Made by a program: the position numbers and the translations under genes
NCBI GenBank assembly: GCA_964291415.2
Contig: OZ219918.1
Coordinates: 416,001 to 480,000 of the forward strand
Source: Alphaproteobacteria bacterium
GTDB lineage: Bacteria; Pseudomonadota; Alphaproteobacteria; SP197
Length of the DNA: 64,000 bases
Direction of reading: 5' to 3'
In this document: positions 58,298-64,000 of the stretch, one piece after another
Layout of the letters: each line of letters opens with the position of its first letter
Position numbering within the stretch: the first letter of the stretch is position 1
The notes under the pieces: model-generated
Database searches by the model: none
What the model saw: the letters and a program-made list of their open reading frames with translations, nothing else
Told to the model about the DNA's origin: nothing

Positions 58298-60361
58298 ATG
58301 ACCGGAGCTGACATCATCACCACGATCCTGCTTGCAGGCATCCTGATCGCGGTCATCGTCTACCTGCTGTACTGGCTGTACCGGCGCTCGTCCAAGGAAG
58401 TCGCCTTCGTGCGCACAGGCCTGGGTGGCGAAAGGGTCGTCATAACCGGTGGTGCGCTTGTGCTGCCCATCGTCCACAACGTGACGCTGGTGGGAATGAA
58501 CACGTTGCGTCTGGAGGTCAGGCGGGACGGCGATCAGGCACTCATCACCAAGAACCGGATGCGCATTGACGTGGTGGCCGAGTTCACCGTGCGCGTGCGG
58601 TCTGACCCGGAGGCCGTGTCGTTGGCAGCCCAGACGCTGGGACGGCGATCCATGAGTGCCGATGATGTCAAGGAGGTTGTCCAGGGTCGTTTCGTTGATG
58701 CCCTTGCAAGCGTTGCCGCCCGGATGACCATGGACGACATCCAGGAGAACCGTGACGTCTACATGAAGGATGTCCGGGCAATCATCGAGGAGAGCGTGGC
58801 GCGCAACGGACTGGAAATCGAGGCCGTGTCGCTCACCGGCCTCGACCAGACCAGCATCGAACGGTTCAATCCGTCAAACGCCTTTGACGCCGAAGGTCTG
58901 ACCCGACTGACCGAACAGATCGAAACACGCAAGAAGGCCAGAAATGACATAGAACAGGACACGATGGTTGCGATTCGGTCGAAGAACCTCGAGGCCGAAG
59001 TCGAGGCGCTCGAAATTGACCGCAAGAGCGAATACGCGCGGCTCGAACAGGAACGCGAGGTCGCAAAGCAGCGGGCTTTGGAGAAAGCACAGATCACGAT
59101 GGAACGGGCTGCCCGGGACCGGGAGGCTCAAGAGGCGGAGATTCGCGCCGAAGAGGAAGTCGAGATTGCCCGCATTCAGCGTGAAAAGGCCCTGGAGGCC
59201 GAGCGGTCCTTGCGTGAGACGACGCTGACGGAGGAGATCGAGGCCCGGCGCAAGCACCGCAACGACGTGGAGCGCGACACCCAGATTGCGATCCGCGCGA
59301 AGGACCGTCAGGCGGAAGTGGAGATCCTGGAGATCGAGAAGGAGATCGAATTCGCAAGGCTCGGTCAGCAAGAAGCCATTGCCGGACAGCGCGCAACGCA
59401 GATGGCCGAGATTGCCAGGCGTCAGTCGAGTGGCGAGCAGGAAGCGGAGACCGCTCGCATTGCCGCGCTGGAGGCCATTGAGCGCGCTCGCATTCTTCAG
59501 GAAAGAGCGGTGGAGTCCGAGCGCATCGCGCGCAATCAGGAAGTCGATCGCCTGGAGGTGCTGCGCCGCAAGGTTCTGCAACTCGAGGAGCAGGAGCGCG
59601 CCATTGCCATCACACGCAAGGAGAAGGACAAGGCCGAGGCGCAGGCCGAAACCGAGGAGGCCCGCGCCCGGGCCGTCGAAGCCGAGGAGAAAGTCGCCTC
59701 GGCGCGGGAGCGGGAGGCTGCTGAGCGACGCAAGCTCGTCGAACTCATCGAGGCTGCTCGTGCGGTCGAGAGCGAAGCGCTCCAGCTCACCACCATTGCC
59801 GCGGCGCAGACCAACGCAGCTGAACAGAAGGCTGCGGCCGACCGTTTCGCCACACTGTCGGAGAAGCTGCGTTACGAAGTCGATGCCGAGGGCAGGCGTG
59901 CCCTCAACGAGGCGGAGAACATCCGCACCGATGACAACCGTGAACATGCTCTGCGCATGAAGCTTCTGGAGCACATCGAGGGCATCGTGCGTGAGAGCGT
60001 CAAGCCGCTGGAGAACATCGACTCCATCAAGATCCTTCAGGTCGACGGCGTACCGGGCGTCAACAGTCCGTCGGACGTTGGCCGCGGCGGAGCCGGTTCC
60101 GGTGATCCCGCCTCTGGTGGGGGCAGCATGACCGACCGCATCGTGAATTCGGCCATGAAGTATCGCACTCAGGCGGCATTCGTAGACGGCTTGATGAAGG
60201 ACCTGGGACTGCCGATGGAGCACCTCGGCAGCGCGGGTGGCCTGTCCTTCCGCAACTTTGCTGAAGCACCTCCCGAGGATGTCGCGGACGGTAAGCCGGG
60301 TGGAGACCATACCGACGACGATAACGTCGAGGACAGCGGGCCATCAGACGACGACAAATAG
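58298..60361 (+). CDS. Flotillin (SPFH/band 7, YqiK-like) protein
   Basis: N-terminal transmembrane segment; AFVRTGLGG; AAQTLG; NGLEIEAVSLTGLDQT; FNPSNAFDAEGLT; long EA-rich coiled coil; KPLENIDSIKI. Confidence 0.93.
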   Translation: MTGADIITTILLAGILIAVIVYLLYWLYRRSSKEVAFVRTGLGGERVVITGGALVLPIVHNVTLVGMNTLRLEVRRDGDQALITKNRMRIDVVAEFTVRVRSDPEAVSLAAQTLGRRSMSADDVKEVVQGRFVDALASVAARMTMDDIQENRDVYMKDVRAIIEESVARNGLEIEAVSLTGLDQTSIERFNPSNAFDAEGLTRLTEQIETRKKARNDIEQDTMVAIRSKNLEAEVEALEIDRKSEYARLEQEREVAKQRALEKAQITMERAARDREAQEAEIRAEEEVEIARIQREKALEAERSLRETTLTEEIEARRKHRNDVERDTQIAIRAKDRQAEVEILEIEKEIEFARLGQQEAIAGQRATQMAEIARRQSSGEQEAETARIAALEAIERARILQERAVESERIARNQEVDRLEVLRRKVLQLEEQERAIAITRKEKDKAEAQAETEEARARAVEAEEKVASAREREAAERRKLVELIEAARAVESEALQLTTIAAAQTNAAEQKAAADRFATLSEKLRYEVDAEGRRALNEAENIRTDDNREHALRMKLLEHIEGIVRESVKPLENIDSIKILQVDGVPGVNSPSDVGRGGAGSGDPASGGGSMTDRIVNSAMKYRTQAAFVDGLMKDLGLPMEHLGSAGGLSFRNFAEAPPEDVADGKPGGDHTDDDNVEDSGPSDDDK

Positions 60362-60406
60362 ACGACCAGCGCAGGCGGAACGTCACTGACTTAAGGGGAC
60401 TGGGAC

Positions 60407-60796
60407 ATGAGTATCGATGTCAACAGCTGGGCAGCCAAGTACAAGCAGCTCACCAATGCTGACGAAACCATTCAATGCATGGGAAGGTATTACACCTGTA
60501 CGTTCATGTTCGACATGGGCACACGGAAGGTCATCGTCGAAATGCACGATGGCAAGGTGAAGGGCATCAACACGAACCCGGCGCCGATGGATCCCTACGA
60601 TTTTGCCTTGCGCGCCAGTCCTGAGACCTGGCGCGAGTTTGCCCAGCCGATGCCCAAGCCAATGTATCACGGCATCTTTTCGGCGAGCTTCCAGCGTGAC
60701 CTCAAACTCGAGGGCAATTTGCTGGTGTTGATGCAGAACCTGAGGAATTTCACCGTGCAGTTCGAGTTGCTGCGCCAGTCCGGCGTCCCGGTCTAG
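60407..60796 (+). CDS. SCP2 (sterol carrier protein-2)-like lipid-binding protein
   Basis: 129 aa; DFALRASPETWREF and LKLEGNLLVLMQ match the SCP2-like pattern. Confidence 0.6.
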   Translation: MSIDVNSWAAKYKQLTNADETIQCMGRYYTCTFMFDMGTRKVIVEMHDGKVKGINTNPAPMDPYDFALRASPETWREFAQPMPKPMYHGIFSASFQRDLKLEGNLLVLMQNLRNFTVQFELLRQSGVPV

Positions 60797-60848
60797 GCCG
60801 GTCGCCACTACGCCACGAAACACGAACGCCAAGTCGAGGGCAACAACC

Positions 60849-61700
60849 ATGGTCAAGCATTCTCCGGTCACCGGCCGCTACGTCACGATCGAAGTTGACG
60901 GCAACGAGTACAAAGTCTTCTACCTGCACAATGGCACCGGACAGCCGCTGATTTGTCAGCACACGGCGGGTGCTCACAATCATCAATGGCGTGGCCTTCT
61001 GGAGGACGAGGAGATCACCCGGGACTACAACGTGATTGCCTACGACCTGCCGCGTCACGGCAAGTCGGATCCGCCGCACAACAAGGAGTGGTGGAAAGAT
61101 GAGTACCGCCTGACGGCTGACCACTACGTCAACTTCATCGTCACGTTATGCGACGCACTTGAACTCAAGGAACCGATCTTCATGGGGTCGTCCTTCGGCG
61201 GCAACGTGGCGCTGCAGCTTGCGCTGAGGCGGCCGGACCGTTTCAAGGCGGTGATTCCCGTTGAGGCAGCCGACTATGCGCCTGGCTTCTTTCTCGATTG
61301 GTGGCGCCATCCGCACGCCAACGCCGCCCAGGTCTGCGCCTCGGGAGTGTGGGACTTGATGGCCCCGCAATCCCCGGACATGGACCGATGGCTCACTTGG
61401 CACTACTACACGCAGGGTTCGGAGGCCTTCAAAGGCGATCTCTACTTCTATTCGGTCGACCACGACCTGCGTGACGAGCTTGTCAACATCGACGGGAGGC
61501 GGTGCCCTGTCATCATGATGACGGGGACATACGATTACCTGACGCCCCCCGAGGCAACCGAGAATACCGCGCGCCAGATCAAGGGCGGCGTCTACATTGA
61601 AATGGAGGACATCGGGCATTTTCCCATGAGCGAGAATCATGAACTGTTCCGTGTCTATCTCAAGGAGGCGCTGCGCATCATCAGGGAGCGCAAAGGCTGA
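60849..61700 (+). CDS. Alpha/beta-fold hydrolase
   Basis: HTAG; AYDLPRHGKS; nucleophile elbow GSSFGG; GTYDYL; GHFPMSEN. Confidence 0.9.
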   Translation: MVKHSPVTGRYVTIEVDGNEYKVFYLHNGTGQPLICQHTAGAHNHQWRGLLEDEEITRDYNVIAYDLPRHGKSDPPHNKEWWKDEYRLTADHYVNFIVTLCDALELKEPIFMGSSFGGNVALQLALRRPDRFKAVIPVEAADYAPGFFLDWWRHPHANAAQVCASGVWDLMAPQSPDMDRWLTWHYYTQGSEAFKGDLYFYSVDHDLRDELVNIDGRRCPVIMMTGTYDYLTPPEATENTARQIKGGVYIEMEDIGHFPMSENHELFRVYLKEALRIIRERKG

Positions 61701-62094
61701 CACATCGCCTGTACGGGCAAGGGCGCGATCGTGGATCCCGCCGTCGGTTTCCAGTCACGCGTTGACTGCGGGACTTGACGTCACGGTATCGGGCTCATTC
61801 TTGAGTTCTGGTGCGGGCGCGCTCCACGTTTCGGGCGATGAGGCAGAGTGTCGGGATGACGAAACAGACTGGAGTTGCCGCGGGGACTCAACATGATCGG
61901 CTACTTCGAGGACGGTTTTCCCGGCGCCCATGCCCAGCGGTGCCTGCTCGCCAGGTCCGGTTGACGAGAAAAACCCCGCCATTTCCTGCAGCGACGCCGT
62001 GCATTGCTGACGGTCCGGCATGGCGCCGTGGTGTCCGGCCATCGGGCGTTGCGAGCCTGGCGTCTGGCTCGATCCGACAAGACGAGGCAGTTTC

Positions 62095-62985
62095 ATGAAC
62101 GCACACGAGGGACATGTGCCGCTCTGCCAGGGAGCCGATCCGTCGCCACGCCCTTCGTGGGTCGGGATGCCGGAGGGGGCCTGCGACGCGCACATGCACA
62201 TCTTCGGGGCCCGCGCACGCTATCCGATGGTGCCGGACCGCAACTATACTCCGCCGGAAGCAACGGTCGAAGCCTACGAGGCGCTGGCCCGTGTGCTTCA
62301 CATTCGGCGAACGGTGATCGTCCAGCCCAGCGTCTACGGTGTCGACAATGCGTGCACGCTCGATGCTCTGCTGGCCCTGTCGCTTGAAGCCCGTGCCATC
62401 GTGGCAGTCGACAACAGCGTGAGCGACGCCGAGCTTCAGCGCCTGCATGCCCGAGGCGCCCGGGGCATTCGCTTCAATCTGCTGATGAGAGGCGGTATCG
62501 GGATCACGGACGCCGAATGCCTTGCCGAGCGCATCAAGGGCATGGGCTGGCATATCGAGGTGATGATGGACGTTTCCTCCGACCCGGAGCTTACCGAGCG
62601 CCTCGGCCGTCTCGGTGTGCCAGTCGTGTTCGATCACATCGGTCATATCCGACCGGGCACTCGCACTGATGATCCGGGTTTCCAGGCCATGGTCCGACTG
62701 GTGGGAGATGGGGGCGCCTGGGTCAAGCTCTCGGGTGCCTACCGCGTCACGGTCGAGGATCGGACCCCCTATGCGGATGTCGGCGCGCATGTCCGTGTCC
62801 TGCTCGAAGTCAATCCGCAACGGTGCCTCTGGGCCACCGACTGGCCGCACCCAGGCATCAACGTCCCGATGCCCAACGACGGCGCCCTGCTTGACATGCT
62901 CGGCTACTGGGCACGCGACGCAGCGCTGCGCCGTCGCATACTGGTCGACAACCCCGCTGATCTCTACGGCTTCGGAGCGCTCTAG
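62095..62985 (+). CDS. Amidohydrolase_2 family protein, LigI (2-pyrone-4,6-dicarboxylate lactonase)/sugar-lactonase-like
   Basis: CDAHMHIFG; VQPSVYGVDN; RGIRFN; FDHIG; WVKLSGAYR; WATDWPHP. Confidence 0.85.
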   Translation: MNAHEGHVPLCQGADPSPRPSWVGMPEGACDAHMHIFGARARYPMVPDRNYTPPEATVEAYEALARVLHIRRTVIVQPSVYGVDNACTLDALLALSLEARAIVAVDNSVSDAELQRLHARGARGIRFNLLMRGGIGITDAECLAERIKGMGWHIEVMMDVSSDPELTERLGRLGVPVVFDHIGHIRPGTRTDDPGFQAMVRLVGDGGAWVKLSGAYRVTVEDRTPYADVGAHVRVLLEVNPQRCLWATDWPHPGINVPMPNDGALLDMLGYWARDAALRRRILVDNPADLYGFGAL

Positions 62986-63390
62986 TCCGAGCACAGCCAT
63001 TCATTTGTCAAGGTCAGCCGGATCCGCAGGTGACGTGACGGTGAATTCACCGTGAGATTTCATGCCGTCGGTTCTTCCAACAATGCACCGGTCACGCATC
63101 CACAACGCGGCTGGCCCCATCAGACCGCCATATGATGCTCGCGGGGTATGCTCCCAGGGCATCGACGCACCCTCAAGGGCGTGTTCAATGGTGCCCGTAG
63201 CGTCGATCGCCTGCCTGGACCGCAGTCTCTCATCGACATTCCAACATCTGCGGGCGTTCGTGGATCAGCGTTAGCTGAAGGCTTTCCTTGGAGGTTGGAG
63301 CGAAGCAGCAGGCTTTGGCCGCAGGCACGATGTCACGAGCCTCCAGACGAATCAGGCGCGAGTGGCGCAAGCGGGGACAAGGAGCAATCC

Positions 63391-63771
63391 ATGATGGACC
63401 TGAAACGAAGCGGTGTGATCGTGTTCACCGAGCAGTACGAGGCGTGTGTCGACTTCTATCGTCGGGTCCTGGAACTGCCGGAAATGTTCTCGCTCGATGA
63501 CGAGCATTCCACGCTCACCTGCCTGGACATGGGCGGGAGCTACCTGATGATCGAAACCGGCGGCACGGCGATGCCGAAAGGGCGATCCATCGAGCAATGC
63601 CCGGTCAAGCTGAGGTTCAACGTCGCCGACGTCGATGCTGCCGCCCGTCTTCTGGAGTCGCGCGGCGTCATCGTCGTCATCAGACGAGAGGCCTGGGGAA
63701 CTGTCGGCGATTTCGTCGATCCGGACGGGAACCGCTGTTCGCTGCGCGACGAAGACTCGTTCCTTCCGTAA
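63391..63771 (+). CDS. VOC (glyoxalase/bleomycin resistance) family protein
   Basis: AAGGAG RBS; CVDFYRRVLEL; LRFNVADVDAA; WG...FVDPDGN. Confidence 0.85.
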   Translation: MMDLKRSGVIVFTEQYEACVDFYRRVLELPEMFSLDDEHSTLTCLDMGGSYLMIETGGTAMPKGRSIEQCPVKLRFNVADVDAAARLLESRGVIVVIRREAWGTVGDFVDPDGNRCSLRDEDSFLP

Positions 63772-63838
63772 GTTCCCGGAGGGTGTTTCACCAGCGACAC
63801 TCGTCCATGAGGGCGCAGGTTCCGCCACGCCCTTTCAG

Positions 63839-64000
63839 TCAATTCCGGGCCTGGAGATCCTCGGGGGAATCGCCCAAGAGGTAACGCGGACCGGGACCCA
63901 GGCTGCCGGCGACATCACCGTGGTTGTAGAGAGCGCAACTGTCGAGCGACAGGCATCCGCAGCCGATGCATGACGCAAGCTGGTCCCGCAAGCGTTCGAG
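63839..64000 (-). CDS. soxR: C-terminal part of the redox-sensitive activator SoxR, truncated by the window edge and absent from the ORF track
   Basis: Reverse strand reads LERLRDQLASCIGCGCLSLDSCALYNHGDVAGSLGPGPRYLL...*, containing the SoxR [2Fe-2S] motif CIGCGCLSLxxC. Confidence 0.92.
   Translation of the reverse strand, partial: LERLRDQLASCIGCGCLSLDSCALYNHGDVAGSLGPGPRYLLGDSPEDLQARN

Noticed and set aside
61701-62094. Short ORFs or a gene remnant between the two hydrolases (e.g. MIGYFEDGFPG...)
   Set aside because: No recognisable motif; cannot be supported without a database search

Overview
GC-rich alphaproteobacterial chromosome segment. The assignment rests on an alpha-type LexA box, the ethylmalonyl-CoA genes and the hemC-hemD-COG4223-hemY order. 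Bases 1 to about 45,800 are mostly core genes: a LexA-controlled imuA-imuB-dnaE2 mutasome, an ethylmalonyl-CoA cluster (ecm, ccr, mcd, a PduO-type adenosyltransferase, etfBA, hbd), argH-lptM-lysA, ftsEX-ydcF-plsC, class II nrdJ, acs, the hem genes, tRNA-Thr(CGT) and a fused indolepyruvate oxidoreductase. This half also holds a decayed vapBC pair and an orphan protein with coiled-coil, AT-hook and double winged-helix features. From about 46,100 to 63,000 is a divergent, LacI-controlled accessory locus. Its left arm encodes a Na+/solute symporter and an AHL-lactonase-family enzyme. Its right arm encodes an unusually extended sugar-type ABC transporter, a small repeat protein, a proteorhodopsin-family protein with a non-pumping ETT motif, an internally duplicated flotillin, an SCP2-like protein, an alpha/beta hydrolase and a LigI-like lactonase. 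This rhodopsin-flotillin-transporter-lactonase locus is the most interesting system in the window. Family assignments come from recognising motifs by eye; no database search was run.
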